The notes under the pieces were generated by a model. The model was not told the DNA's origin, did not search any database, and saw nothing but the letters and a program-made list of their open reading frames with translations. 64,000 nucleotides of DNA from an uncultured delta proteobacterium. GTDB taxonomy: Bacteria > Desulfobacterota > Binatia > UBA9968. The stretch lies in assembly GCA_963816145.1 (NCBI GenBank), contig CAWFJP010000014.1:320001-384000 (forward strand), read 5' to 3'. Of the stretch, positions 42,687-52,880 are shown one piece after another. The translations under genes and the position numbers were made by a program. The first letter of the stretch is position 1; the number at the start of each line of letters is the position of its first letter.

Positions 42687-43091
42687 ATGGCTGAGCAGAC
42701 TTTGAAGGGGAGTTGCCTGTGCAAATCGGTGCGCTATGAAGTGACCACGCCGTTCATGCGTTTCGGCCACTGTTATTGCTCGCGTTGCCGCAAGGCGACG
42801 GGCGGAGTGCGCTCGACCAATATTGCCGTGCCGATCGCGCAGTTTCGCTGGACTCAGGGGGAAAACCTGATCAAACGCTTCGACCTGCCCGAAGCGAAGA
42901 GTTTTGCGCGGCAGATATGCAGCAACTGTAATTGTCCGATCCCGCACGCCTCGCGCGATGGCACGCGGGTGATTGTTCCGTCTGGAACCTTGGACGACGT
43001 GCCTCCGGGCAAGCCCTCGGTACACGGCCACTGGAGCAGCCGGGTGCGTTTCGTCGAGACCAACGAGTCGGATCTGCCCTGCGAGAATTGA
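42687..43091 (+). CDS. GFA (glutathione-dependent formaldehyde-activating) family protein
   Basis: GSCLC, HCYCSRCRK, CSNC. Confidence 0.88.
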   Translation: MAEQTLKGSCLCKSVRYEVTTPFMRFGHCYCSRCRKATGGVRSTNIAVPIAQFRWTQGENLIKRFDLPEAKSFARQICSNCNCPIPHASRDGTRVIVPSGTLDDVPPGKPSVHGHWSSRVRFVETNESDLPCEN

Positions 43092-43109
43092 GTAGAGCTT
43101 TTCCGACCC

Positions 43110-43400
43110 ATGCATAGGACAACGGTGGGGCGGTTGCGCGCGGCGGGGATGGTCGAAGCGGTTTCGTTTCTGCTGCTGCTGGGCGTGGCGATGCCGCTCA
43201 AGTATTTTGCCGGCATGCCGCTGGCCGTGAAGATCGCCGGCTGGACTCATGGTTTGCTGTTCCTGGCATTTGTCGTGTGTTTGCTCGTCGCCCACGGCGA
43301 ACGGCAATGGCCGATGCGTTGGACCGCGATGATTTTCGTCGCGGCATTGTTGCCGTTCGGGCCGTTTGTCATCGATCGGCGGCTTAGGAACGAACAGTAA
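43110..43400 (+). CDS. DUF3817 membrane protein
   Basis: EAVSFLLLLGVAMPLKY, HGLLF, LLPFGPFV. Confidence 0.85.
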   Translation: MHRTTVGRLRAAGMVEAVSFLLLLGVAMPLKYFAGMPLAVKIAGWTHGLLFLAFVVCLLVAHGERQWPMRWTAMIFVAALLPFGPFVIDRRLRNEQ

Positions 43401-43431
43401 GAGTTTAAATTGAGTCACTAAGGAGCAACTG

Positions 43432-43926
43432 ATGGCTGATGAAATGCAAGTGAACCGCGAGATCGTCATCGAAGCCGATGCTGAGTCCATCGAGCGTTTG
43501 CGCAAGGAAGGGCATGTGCGCGGCTTCACGGTGTTCTGCGACGAGCAGCAACGCACCGGCGGCGACAACTCGGCGCCGTCTCCTATGGGATACTTCGCTT
43601 TATCCGTGGCGTTTTGACTGCTCACCCAAGTTTCCCGGTACGGGGAAATGATGAAGGTGAAAGTCGACAAGATGAAAATCTATGTTACCACGCGCTTTCG
43701 CGCCGAGGGCTCGGTGCTGCGCGAGACCATCAAGTCGGGCGGTGTCGGCGTCGAGTTGCGCAGCGAGGTTTCCTCGAGCGCGCCGGCGGAGCGAGTTGCC
43801 GCGCTGATGCGCAACGCCGAGGCAGGCTGTTACATTATGCAGACGATTCTCAATCCGACGCCGGTGACGCGCGAGTTCAAACTTAACGGCGCCGCCTTCG
43901 ATCCCGACAGTTACAAAAAGCCGTAA
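43432..43926 (+). CDS. OsmC-like peroxiredoxin, probable selenoprotein (UGA at 43615-43617 read as Sec)
   Basis: ORFs 43432-43617 and 43648-43926 are in one frame: CDE...GGDNSAPSPMGYFALSVAF-U-LLTQ...AEAGCYI; downstream hairpin. Confidence 0.8.
43631..43648 (+). promoter_or_regulatory. Bacterial SECIS-like hairpin
   Basis: tttccc-ggtacg-gggaaa, 13 nt after the in-frame UGA, with G at the start of the loop. Confidence 0.65.
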
Positions 43927-43995
43927 GCGATCCGCGGATTGCCGAACGACCAGGGGCCACGCTTGTGGGACTTGGCATTATGAACTGCGGCTCTT

Positions 43996-45108
43996 TCAAT
44001 GCAGCAGCATGTGGGCGACGACTTCGAACGCAACGATCCCGAGCGTGATCACCGATGCGACGAGCACGAACGTGGTGCGCTGCTTTTCCAACGTGGTCAT
44101 GGTCTTGAGTTGTTCGGGGACTTTCGCTTCACTTCTAAGCTTTCTCGCATGCCAGACCGTGTAGAAGTTCGCTAGAGCGGCGAGGGTCGTTAATATCAGC
44201 ACCGGAACGCGCAAGCTACTTTGATCGAGAAACGTCAGCAAGCCGGCCAGGCCGAAAAGGCTGCCGGCTCCGAGCGCGACCGCCAACGGACCGATCAGAG
44301 TGACCACCGCACAAGGGGCGCCGAGGATGCCGAAGACGATTGCGCCAATGCTGGTTTTTTCTCCCGCGGACGATTCCGGTGGATCGCCGATCAATCGCAC
44401 GGCTTGATTGGCGTGCAGACGATAGGCGGTCACTGGATCGCGAAAACCCTTGAGAATAACCTGTTCGGAGGTTGCCTCGGTGAAGTCCACGGGATGTTTG
44501 CGATAACTTTCCTCGCTGATGAGCACTTCGCCGGCGCTGGCTTTGCTTTGCAGGCGCGCCGCGAGGTTAACGACGTCGCCGATCGCCGTATAGTCCTTTG
44601 AGTCGTCGGAACCCAAGCGACCGACACGGGCGAAGCCGGTGGCGATGCCTATGGAAGCCTTCAAGTTCAAGCCAAAATTCGCACCGAGAGTCGTTAGCGC
44701 CGCGCTCAGTTCGATCGCCGCGGCCACGGCGCGCAAGGCGTGGTCGTCGTGGCGCAGCGGCACGTTGAACAGCGCCATGACCGCGTCGCCGACATATTTG
44801 TCGATGAAGGCGCCATGCTTGACCAGTACTTCGGTTGCCATGCGCAAGAAGGCATCGACGACTTCATGGGTTTTCTCCGCGCCCAAATCTTGAGTCAGCT
44901 CGGTGAACGACGACAGGTCGGCGAACAGCACAGTGATCTCCACCATGCGCCCTTCTTCGACATGGGTGCTGCAGCGGGTGCAGATGTTCGGATTGCGCGG
45001 GCTGCGCTTGATGCCGAAGGTACGGTAGACCGCGCTCAGCGCGCCGGACAGCATGGTGCCGCAGACGCTGCATTGTGCCGCCAGTCGCGGGCTCGAATGG
45101 ACATGCAT
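43996..45108 (-). CDS. Class III adenylate/guanylate cyclase with N-terminal CxxC..CxxC and C-terminal MerT-like TM domain
   Basis: TVLFADLSSFT, IDKYVGDAVMALF, DYTAIGDVVNLAARLQ; CSVC/CTRC; about 3-4 C-terminal TM helices. Confidence 0.85.
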   Translation of the reverse strand: MHVHSSPRLAAQCSVCGTMLSGALSAVYRTFGIKRSPRNPNICTRCSTHVEEGRMVEITVLFADLSSFTELTQDLGAEKTHEVVDAFLRMATEVLVKHGAFIDKYVGDAVMALFNVPLRHDDHALRAVAAAIELSAALTTLGANFGLNLKASIGIATGFARVGRLGSDDSKDYTAIGDVVNLAARLQSKASAGEVLISEESYRKHPVDFTEATSEQVILKGFRDPVTAYRLHANQAVRLIGDPPESSAGEKTSIGAIVFGILGAPCAVVTLIGPLAVALGAGSLFGLAGLLTFLDQSSLRVPVLILTTLAALANFYTVWHARKLRSEAKVPEQLKTMTTLEKQRTTFVLVASVITLGIVAFEVVAHMLLH

Positions 45109-45206
45109 GGGTCAACAACTTACGTAGGCTCGGCAGCGCTGTCAACGCGATTGCTTCGTATGGCGATTACGGGAATAATGCGGCAACTTTCAGGAGGATT
45201 ATTTAA

Positions 45207-45557
45207 ATGTCGGACCATTACCATGATGAAAACGATTTGAAGTTGATGCGCGACATGCGCAAGTTGGCGCCGGACGATTTCAACGCGTGGCTTGGACTGG
45301 AGAAAATTGTTGGGCGAGACAACGGCGCGATCCCGCGAAAATACCGAGAGTTGATCGCCGTCGCGGTGTCGGCGACGACCCAGTGTCCCTACTGCATGGA
45401 GGCCCACGCCAAAGCCGCCCACGCCGCGGGTGCGACGCGGGAAGAAGTCGTCGAAGCGTCCTTTATCGCCGCGGCATTGCGTGCCGGCGCGGCGGCAACC
45501 CACGGTACAATGGCGCTTAAGTTTTTCGACAAGCAGGCAGAGCAGAAGAAGGATTAG
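45207..45557 (+). CDS. Carboxymuconolactone decarboxylase/AhpD family protein
   Basis: KYRELIAVAV, TQCPYCMEAH. Confidence 0.88.
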   Translation: MSDHYHDENDLKLMRDMRKLAPDDFNAWLGLEKIVGRDNGAIPRKYRELIAVAVSATTQCPYCMEAHAKAAHAAGATREEVVEASFIAAALRAGAAATHGTMALKFFDKQAEQKKD

Positions 45558-45563
45558 CCCGGG

Positions 45564-46043
45564 GTGTCGGTCAGCGCGAACTTGAAGCAGCAGATTCTCC
45601 CTTTACTGGCTATCTGGATCATAACGATGCCGCTATTTTCATGCTCCGGAACACGGCCCACCAACTTGGGGGTCAGAGACGGCCGGTTGACCGTCTGTCC
45701 GGCATCGCCCAACTGCGTGTCGAGCGACGCCGTTGATGGCGCCCACGCCATCGCGCCGTTGCAGCTTATTGTCTCGTCGCCCGATGGTTGGCGCGCGGTT
45801 CGAAAGATTATCGATGAACTGCCCCGCACGAAAATCATCAGTTCGACGGACGATTATCTCCACGCCGAATGCACCAGCGCGGTATTTGGCTTCGTCGACG
45901 ATCTCGAACTACACCTTCGGCCGGCGGAGAAGCTGCTCGCGGTGCGTTCGGCCTCGCGTCTTGGTTACAGCGATCTTGGCGTGAACCGCAAACGAGTCGA
46001 GAGTTTACGCGGGGTGTTGCGCGAACGCGGGGTGATTCGTTAA
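45564..46043 (+). CDS. DUF1499 family protein (possible lipoprotein)
   Basis: CPASPNCVSS, GFVDDLE, RSASRLGYSDLGVNRKR. Confidence 0.88.
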   Translation: MSVSANLKQQILPLLAIWIITMPLFSCSGTRPTNLGVRDGRLTVCPASPNCVSSDAVDGAHAIAPLQLIVSSPDGWRAVRKIIDELPRTKIISSTDDYLHAECTSAVFGFVDDLELHLRPAEKLLAVRSASRLGYSDLGVNRKRVESLRGVLRERGVIR

Positions 46044-46066
46044 CCAAGGGTTCGCAATTCGATTCC

Positions 46067-47122
46067 ATGCTGAGCTACGACGTTATCGAATGGGGCAAGC
46101 CGCTTGAGAAGCGCGAACGCCAGACGCCAGTGCCGACCGGCACAGAGGTGCTGGTCAAGCTCAAGTACTGCGGTGTCTGTCACAGCGATGTGCATATCCG
46201 CGACGGTTATTTCGATCTCGGCGGCGGCAGACGCTTGCAGATGAGCGAGCGCGGCATGGCGCCGCCGGTGACTTTGGGGCATGAACCTTACGGTACTGTT
46301 ATCGCGGCCGGTCCTGACGCGGGCGCGGTGCCCATCGGCGCAGACCGCTTGGTCTATCCTTGGATCGGGTGCGGCGGCTGCGTCCGTTGCCGCGAAGGAT
46401 TGGATAACTACTGCATGGCGCCAAACATGATCGGCATCCAGCGTCCCGGCGGTTACGCCGATCACTTGCTCGTGCCGCATCCGCGCTATCTCGTCGACGC
46501 CAGCGGCGTCGATCCGGTGTGGGCGGCGACTTTGTCGTGCTCGGGGCTCTCGACTTATTCGGCGGTGTCGAAGCTTTTGCCGATTCCTTCCGACGAATGG
46601 ATCGCGGTGATCGGAGCGGGTGGGTTGGGTTTGTCGGCCATCGGCATGTTACGTGCGCTGGGCCATGCGCGAGTTGTTTCAGTCGACATCGACGATAAAA
46701 AACTCAACGCGGCCAATGGGGCAGGAGCGGCTGCGACGCTGAATAGCCGGAAGAGTGGCGCGGAGGAGAATCTCAAAAGTATCACGCACGGGGCTCTTTA
46801 CGGCGCAGTAGATTTCGTCGGCAGTACGGAAACCGCGGAGTTGGCCGTCGGCGTTTTGCGCAAGGGCGGCAGGCTAATTTTGGTTGGCTTGTTCGGTGGC
46901 GAAATCAAACTGTCGATCGCTGGCACGATCCTGCGCGCTGTCACGGTTCAAGGCTCCCACCTCGGCAGCGTGGCGGAATTAAAGGCCGTCGTCGCCTTGG
47001 CGCGGGAAGGGAAGATCAACCCGATTCCAATTGAGACGCGGCCCATGTCGGAAGTCAGTCGGACGTTGGATGAGTTGATGGCAGGAATGATTGTGGGGAG
47101 AGTGGTGGCAACGATTGGCTGA
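46067..47122 (+). CDS. Zn-dependent alcohol dehydrogenase
   Basis: CGVCHSD, GHE, CGGCVRC..G..NYC, GAGGLG. Confidence 0.9.
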   Translation: MLSYDVIEWGKPLEKRERQTPVPTGTEVLVKLKYCGVCHSDVHIRDGYFDLGGGRRLQMSERGMAPPVTLGHEPYGTVIAAGPDAGAVPIGADRLVYPWIGCGGCVRCREGLDNYCMAPNMIGIQRPGGYADHLLVPHPRYLVDASGVDPVWAATLSCSGLSTYSAVSKLLPIPSDEWIAVIGAGGLGLSAIGMLRALGHARVVSVDIDDKKLNAANGAGAAATLNSRKSGAEENLKSITHGALYGAVDFVGSTETAELAVGVLRKGGRLILVGLFGGEIKLSIAGTILRAVTVQGSHLGSVAELKAVVALAREGKINPIPIETRPMSEVSRTLDELMAGMIVGRVVATIG

Positions 47123-47188
47123 GGGTTTGCTGAATATCGTCTCGCTCCATTCAGGCTACGTGAAGATTGGATGCTGGTGCAATTCGGA

Positions 47189-47300
47189 AAGATCCCTCTC
47201 TTCGTTCGGGATGACGGCGGCTTATGGATTTGTCATTTCGAGCGAAGCGAGAAATCTATTCGACAAACTTGCGAAGGACCAGTATGAAACTGAACCACGA
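47189..47300. repeat. TGTCAT..GAGCG.AGCGAG palindromic repeat family
   Basis: tgtcatttcgagcgaagcgagaaatctattcgac...cagtatgaaactgaaccacg; similar copy at 49158-49221; core also inside the MITE (19668-19749). Confidence 0.65.
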
Positions 47301-47323
47301 TCGAAGACTGGGTCATATTGACG

Positions 47324-48541
47324 ATGCTTGAAAAAAACAAAAACTCCTGGCGCTACATCACGCTCGCCGCAGCGGCGATGCTGATGATCACCATGGGGGC
47401 GCGCCAGGCGCAGGGGCTATTCGTCTTTCCGATCAGCGGTTCGACGGGAGTGAGCATCGTTGCGATCAGTTTCGCCATGGCGGTGGGGCAGTTCATGTGG
47501 GGGTTGGCGCAGCCAGTCGCGGGGGCGTGCGCGGATCGTTTTGGCTTCACCCCCGTGTTGATTGGCGGAGTGCTTCTGCTTGCGGTCGGCACGGCATTGA
47601 CTCCGTTATTCACCAGCAGCTTTGGCTTAGTCGTGACCATCGGCATTGTCTCGGCCATAGGTTCCGGCGCGGGGAGTTTTTCGGTCATGATCGGCGCACT
47701 GGCGCAGCGCTTGGCGCCCAAAGAGCGAGCGACGGCGTCCGGACTCATCACTGGCGGCGGCTCGTTCGGTCAGTTTCTCTTCGCGCCGATAACTCAGAAA
47801 CTAATTTCAACCTGGGGTTGGATGGGGGCGATGTGGTCGCTTGGCGCCATCGCGCTGTTGGCGTTGCCGCTGGTGAAACCAATCATTGGGCCTGCGCGCC
47901 ATAGCGGTGTCATTGGTATCTCTGGCCGCGATGGCGGCATGAAGGCAACGCTGCGCACGGCTTTTGGCAACTCCAGTTATCTCTTGCTGCACGGCAGTTT
48001 TCTCACCTGCGGATTTCACATTGCATTTCTGGTCACTCATCTGCCGGGTGAAGTCGACCTTTGCGGTTTGCCTGCTTCGGTCGCAAGCTGGTCGCTGGCG
48101 ATCATCGGTCTTTCCAACATCGCCGGCAGCTTCGCTGCGGGCTGGATGCTCAATCACTTCCGCGGCAAGTATATCCTGTTCGGCATGTACGGCTCACGCA
48201 CGCTCTTGATTCTGATTTATCTTGCCGCACCCAAAACCGAGTGGACGTTTTATCTTTTGGCGATCGGACTCGGCTTCTCGTGGTTGGGTACCGCGCCGCC
48301 GACCGCCGGTGTGGTCGGCAAACTCTTCGGCACGCGTTACCTGGCGACGCTCTATGGTCTAACCATGCTGTCGCATCAGACCGGCGCATTTTTCGGCGCT
48401 TGGTTGGGCGGACTTGCGTTCGCGCATTACGGCAATTATTTGTGGATGTGGTACGCGGATGCTTTGTTCGCGGCGGGAGCGGCGCTATTAAATCTGCCGA
48501 TTCGCGAACCACGCGTCGAGCGCGCGGCGGTGCCGGCATGA
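47324..48541 (+). CDS. MFS transporter
   Basis: About 12 TM segments; ADRFG, GGSFGQF, CGFHIAF, SHQTGAFFGAWLGG. Confidence 0.88.
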   Translation: MLEKNKNSWRYITLAAAAMLMITMGARQAQGLFVFPISGSTGVSIVAISFAMAVGQFMWGLAQPVAGACADRFGFTPVLIGGVLLLAVGTALTPLFTSSFGLVVTIGIVSAIGSGAGSFSVMIGALAQRLAPKERATASGLITGGGSFGQFLFAPITQKLISTWGWMGAMWSLGAIALLALPLVKPIIGPARHSGVIGISGRDGGMKATLRTAFGNSSYLLLHGSFLTCGFHIAFLVTHLPGEVDLCGLPASVASWSLAIIGLSNIAGSFAAGWMLNHFRGKYILFGMYGSRTLLILIYLAAPKTEWTFYLLAIGLGFSWLGTAPPTAGVVGKLFGTRYLATLYGLTMLSHQTGAFFGAWLGGLAFAHYGNYLWMWYADALFAAGAALLNLPIREPRVERAAVPA

Positions 48542-48732
48542 TTTTAAGTTGGTGCTACCGGCATTAGTGCGAAGATTTATTCACCACGAAGGACACGAAG
48601 ACCACGAAGTTAGGAGATTGGGCAATCCGATCCCCTCATGCTCATGCTGGTGAACGTCACAAATTGATCGAGATACACTGTTCGTATCAGTGTCTGAACA
48701 ATCGTTGAGATAGATCGGGAAGAAAAATCGCA

Positions 48733-49050
48733 ATGTCAGAATTTACCAATGTCACTGTCATCAAAAAGGCCAATGTTTATTTCGACGGTAAGGTCGTCAG
48801 CCGGACCGTAGTCTTTGCCGACGGCTCCAAGAAAACCCTCGGCATCATGCAGCCGGGCGAATACGAGTTCAACACCGGCGACAAAGAGCTCATGGAAATC
48901 ATCAGCGGCGAGTTAGCTGTGGCGCTTCCGGGCGCCGCGGGCTTCAAACCGATCAAAGCCGGGGAGTCTTTCGAAGTGCCGGCGAACTCTAAATTTCGCA
49001 TGACGGTCAAGACTTTGACCGACTACTGCTGCTCGTTTATTGCGTCGTAG
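48733..49050 (+). CDS. ppnP: Pyrimidine/purine nucleoside phosphorylase (DUF1255)
   Basis: [41 protein letters not shown]. Confidence 0.9.
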   Translation: MSEFTNVTVIKKANVYFDGKVVSRTVVFADGSKKTLGIMQPGEYEFNTGDKELMEIISGELAVALPGAAGFKPIKAGESFEVPANSKFRMTVKTLTDYCCSFIAS

Positions 49051-49296
49051 ACCCGCCGACAAATGTCAACAGTTTTTGTGACTCAACGCTGCTCGGGCCA
49101 CCGATGCTCTGAACGCGCCTCTCTTCGTTTGTAATGAATGCTGCACGATATTCGTCGTTTCGAGCTTAGCGAGAAAGCTATTCGACTCATTTCCACAGTC
49201 GCAGTATGAAATTCAACCACGTGCCAGCATCGCTAACGCTTAGCCTCTAATTGCGGCGCCATTGAGAAGTTTGCCTGGTCGTGCCTATATAGTGGT

Positions 49297-50505
49297 ATGC
49301 CATTTGCTACGCTTGGTTTGTCCGACAAGGTACTTGAAGGGGTTAAGGCGGCAGGTTACACCGTTCCTACACCAATCCAGCTACGGGCGATTCCGCTAGC
49401 GCTCGCCGGCCGCGATCTCATCGGCTCGGCACAGACGGGCACGGGTAAAACCGCCGCGTTTGCCTTGCCGATCATTTCTCGTCTTGGCCAGCATGGCAAA
49501 ACCCGCGCCCTGATACTCGAGCCGACCCGCGAGTTGGCGGCACAGGTTGAAACCGCTTTTCATGACTATTCCCGCTTTACCGACCTGCGTACGGTGGTGT
49601 TGTTCGGCGGCACGGGCTACGGCAAACAAGATCAAGCACTACGCCGCGGTACCGATATCGTGGTCGCCACGCCTGGCCGGTTGCTCGATCAATTGCAGCG
49701 CCAGATGCTGCGCCTGAACGACATCGAATTTTTGGTGCTGGACGAGGCCGACCGCATGCTCGATATGGGCTTTATGCCGGACGTGCGCAAGATCGTCGAC
49801 CGCGTGCCCAAGACCCGCCAGACCATGTTGTTCTCGGCGACCATCCCGCCCGAGATCGATGCGCTGGTGCGCTGGGCGATGAAAAATCCCGAAACGATTC
49901 AGATCGGCCTGCGCCGCTCACCTGCCGAAACCATCACTCACGCGCTCTATCCCGTCGATGTCGGGCAGAAACAAGAACTGTTGGCGGAGCTGTTAGAGCG
50001 CACCGAGTACGATCAAGTGTTGATCTTCTGCCGCACCAAGAACGGTGCCGACCGGGTGGCGCGCCGACTCACCGAGAAGGGCCATTCGGTCGCGGTGCTG
50101 CATTCCAATCGAACCCAGCGCGAGCGCGAGCAGGCGCTCAATGGATTCCGCAACGGCCGTTACGAAGTCATGGTCGCCACCGATATCGCCGCCCGCGGCA
50201 TCGACGTCGAGCAGATCAGCCACGTGATCAATTACGACGTGCCGCATCATCCGGAAGATTACGTTCACCGCATCGGCCGCACCGGACGGGCGCAAAGCGT
50301 CGGCGATGCTTTCACCCTGATGACCGCGGAGGATTTGCAGGAAGTCGCCGCCATCGAACATTTCATCGGGCAGAAAATTCCCCGGCTCAAACTGGAAAAT
50401 TTCAACTACGCATTCACACGTTTGCTCGATCCCAATCCTAAACCGACCTTCGGTGCTCGCGCCGGCTCCAAACGTTCCTATGGCCCGGGGCGGGGACGCT
50501 GGTAG
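49297..50505 (+). CDS. DEAD-box RNA helicase (RhlE-like)
   Basis: TPIQ, AQTGTGKT, PTRELA, DEAD, SAT, HRIGRTGR. Confidence 0.93.
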   Translation: MPFATLGLSDKVLEGVKAAGYTVPTPIQLRAIPLALAGRDLIGSAQTGTGKTAAFALPIISRLGQHGKTRALILEPTRELAAQVETAFHDYSRFTDLRTVVLFGGTGYGKQDQALRRGTDIVVATPGRLLDQLQRQMLRLNDIEFLVLDEADRMLDMGFMPDVRKIVDRVPKTRQTMLFSATIPPEIDALVRWAMKNPETIQIGLRRSPAETITHALYPVDVGQKQELLAELLERTEYDQVLIFCRTKNGADRVARRLTEKGHSVAVLHSNRTQREREQALNGFRNGRYEVMVATDIAARGIDVEQISHVINYDVPHHPEDYVHRIGRTGRAQSVGDAFTLMTAEDLQEVAAIEHFIGQKIPRLKLENFNYAFTRLLDPNPKPTFGARAGSKRSYGPGRGRW

Positions 50506-50581
50506 GTTATCCTCATCCGAATATACGACTCAGGTTACCGAGTGTTGCTAGCCGGTAGTGGTCATTTACTTCTAGTAAACT

Positions 50582-50664
50582 CGTCATGCCGGTGAAAACC
50601 GGCATCCATCTTCGTATTCGCTGGATCAGGAAGAACCTGGATTCCGGCCTCCGCCGGAATGACG
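50582..50664. repeat. CGTC-type palindromic repeat
   Basis: cgtcatgccggtgaaaaccggcatcc...ctggattccggcctccgccggaatgacg. Confidence 0.75.
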
Positions 50665-50731
50665 AAAGATCGATCGACTTCCAACCCAAGTGCCCAAGGA
50701 AACTTCGCTAAGGGCTTCCCGCTTCCAAGCG

Positions 50732-51781
50732 CTATTGTACGAATAATTTCTTGATCTGCTCGGTCACTTCCGGCGGTTGCTTGATGATGTCGACGGCGGT
50801 TTTCTGCAATTGCTCGCCGCGCAGGGGCACGACTTCGATGGAAAGCTTTTTGGCTTCGGCGAGTAATTCCGGGTCCTTCGAAGCTCTTTCGTAGGCGTCG
50901 CGCAAGATTTTGACCAGGTCGGCCGGGGTCGCCGGCGGGGCGATCAGCGGGCGCGCCCACTCGCCGCCTTGGAGCATCGCCTCGGCGACGCGCCGTTTGT
51001 TCGCCGGGGTTTTATATTCGTCCATCAATTCGTAAATCGTCGGCGCGTCAGGGACGCGCGGCGAACGCTTATGGCCGCTCTGGGCGAGGAAGCGGACGAA
51101 CTTGGTCTTGAGCCAGCCCAAAAAAGGCTCGCGGCCATAGTAGGTCGCGATGGTCAGTCCCATGCAGGCAACCTCGCCGCGCTCCATGGCCAAGGCGATC
51201 TCGCTGCTGCCGGGATAGCCGGTGACATGACCGACTTTCATGCCCACGGTCTCGTCCAAAATCTTCGACATCACATAGTCCGAGCTTCCGACCCCGGTGG
51301 AGCCGCATTTGGGCGGCTCCTTCGAGCGAATGATGTCGGCGACGGACTTGAACGGCGCGTCGGCACGGGCAAACATGATCATGTCGTCGTTCTCCAAAGA
51401 GCCGATCCACTGAAATTTGGTCAGGTCGAACTTCGCTTCCTTCTGGCCGGATAGCTGGGCCAGATAAAAATTGTTGTGCGGCGCCAACAAAGTCAGTCCA
51501 TCGGGTTTGGCCACGCCCCAGACATAATTCGCCGCGCTCACGGAACCCGCGCCGGGCATGTTCTGCACGGCGAAGTCGGGATTGCCAGGAATGTACTTAC
51601 CCATGTAGCGGGATATCAGTCGGGCGGCGCGATCGTAGCCGCCGCCGGTGCTTAGGCCGACAACGATGCGGATCTGTTTGCCCTTGAAATAGGGTTCCTG
51701 GGCATGCAGCGAGGGCAGCGGCAAAATCGCCGCAGCCGTGACGGCTAGGGCCGGCCAAATGGTTTTGTATAGAGCTCTCAT
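50732..51781 (-). CDS. Bug/TctC tripartite tricarboxylate transporter binding protein
   Basis: FKGKQIRIVVG...GGGYD, PGNP..VQNMPGAGS, KPDGLT, GYPGS. Confidence 0.88.
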   Translation of the reverse strand: MRALYKTIWPALAVTAAAILPLPSLHAQEPYFKGKQIRIVVGLSTGGGYDRAARLISRYMGKYIPGNPDFAVQNMPGAGSVSAANYVWGVAKPDGLTLLAPHNNFYLAQLSGQKEAKFDLTKFQWIGSLENDDMIMFARADAPFKSVADIIRSKEPPKCGSTGVGSSDYVMSKILDETVGMKVGHVTGYPGSSEIALAMERGEVACMGLTIATYYGREPFLGWLKTKFVRFLAQSGHKRSPRVPDAPTIYELMDEYKTPANKRRVAEAMLQGGEWARPLIAPPATPADLVKILRDAYERASKDPELLAEAKKLSIEVVPLRGEQLQKTAVDIIKQPPEVTEQIKKLFVQ

Positions 51782-51970
51782 TTTGATCTCCTTCGGGCCG
51801 CTTCGGTGGCGCAGTAAATATAATTGCTGACACGGCTAATGCAACCGGGTTTGAAGCCCTCTGCTTGACAGTAGATTCCCCGGCAGTGATATTCTACCGA
51901 TGCTCCACGACAGCTCATCCGAATTGATTTGCGCGCGAATGTTGGGCGCGGTGACGCGAGATCCTGATTC

Positions 51971-52047
51971 CGTCATACTCGCGAAAGCGGGTATCCAGGC
52001 TAATTCGGCGCGTTTCAAATCTGGATTCCCGCCTGCGCGGGAATGAC
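51971..52047. repeat. CGTC-type palindromic repeat
   Basis: cgtcatactcgcgaaagcgggtatccag...ctggattcccgcctgcgcgggaatgac. Confidence 0.75.
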
Positions 52048-52162
52048 AATCCGGAGAACGGAGCCTGTGGTACGAAAATTCGCTAATTTCGCAGCCAGGA
52101 GACGAGCGTTAGCTCGTGGACACTTGGTTGTATCCTGAAGTCAGGCAGGTTGTCAGCACGCA

Positions 52163-52804
52163 ATGTATCTACCGAGTCATTTTGAAGAAACCCGCACAGA
52201 TGTTTTGCACGAGTTGGTGGGCCAATATCCGCTCGGCACTTTGGTGACCTTGGGGAGCGAAGGGCTCAATGCCAACCATATCCCGTTCGAACTCGATGCG
52301 ATGCCCGCGCCCTATGGGACATTGCGTGGTCATGTGGCGCGGGCCAATCCGGTGTGGCGCGATTATTCCCGCGACATGGAGGCGTTGGTGATTTTTCACG
52401 GGCCGCAGGTCTACATTTCGCCGTCATGGTACGACACCAAGAAACAAACCGGCGAGGTGGTGCCGACCTACAATTATGCCGTCGTCCACGCCTATGGCCG
52501 ATTGCAAATCGTCGAGGACCGCAACTGGCTGCGCGGTCTCGTCACCCGGTTAACGGAGCGTTTCGAGAAGGGCAGCGCGGCGCCGTGGCAGGTGAGCGAC
52601 GCGCCACAGCCGTTTATTGAGAAGCAGTTGGACGCCATCGTCGGTATCGAGATCGTGATCAGCAAATTGTTCGGTAAATGGAAGGCGAGCCAGAATCGCC
52701 CGGTCACGGATCGCGCGGGTGTCGTCGAAGCGCTTGGTGCTGCGGCCGACGCCGACAGTTTGGCGATGGCGCAATTGATTAAAGAACGTTCCACGCCGTC
52801 GTAA
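52163..52804 (+). CDS. PaiB family FMN-binding negative transcriptional regulator
   Basis: MYLPSHF, GHVARANP, YISPSWY, VPTYNY..VH, KWKASQNR. Confidence 0.9.
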   Translation: MYLPSHFEETRTDVLHELVGQYPLGTLVTLGSEGLNANHIPFELDAMPAPYGTLRGHVARANPVWRDYSRDMEALVIFHGPQVYISPSWYDTKKQTGEVVPTYNYAVVHAYGRLQIVEDRNWLRGLVTRLTERFEKGSAAPWQVSDAPQPFIEKQLDAIVGIEIVISKLFGKWKASQNRPVTDRAGVVEALGAAADADSLAMAQLIKERSTPS

Positions 52805-52880
52805 CCACGGACAACCGATGCGAGGCTTTGCAGCGCCCACGGTAGCGCGCTAAAGTTCTCTAAACCAGGTTGCAACATCG

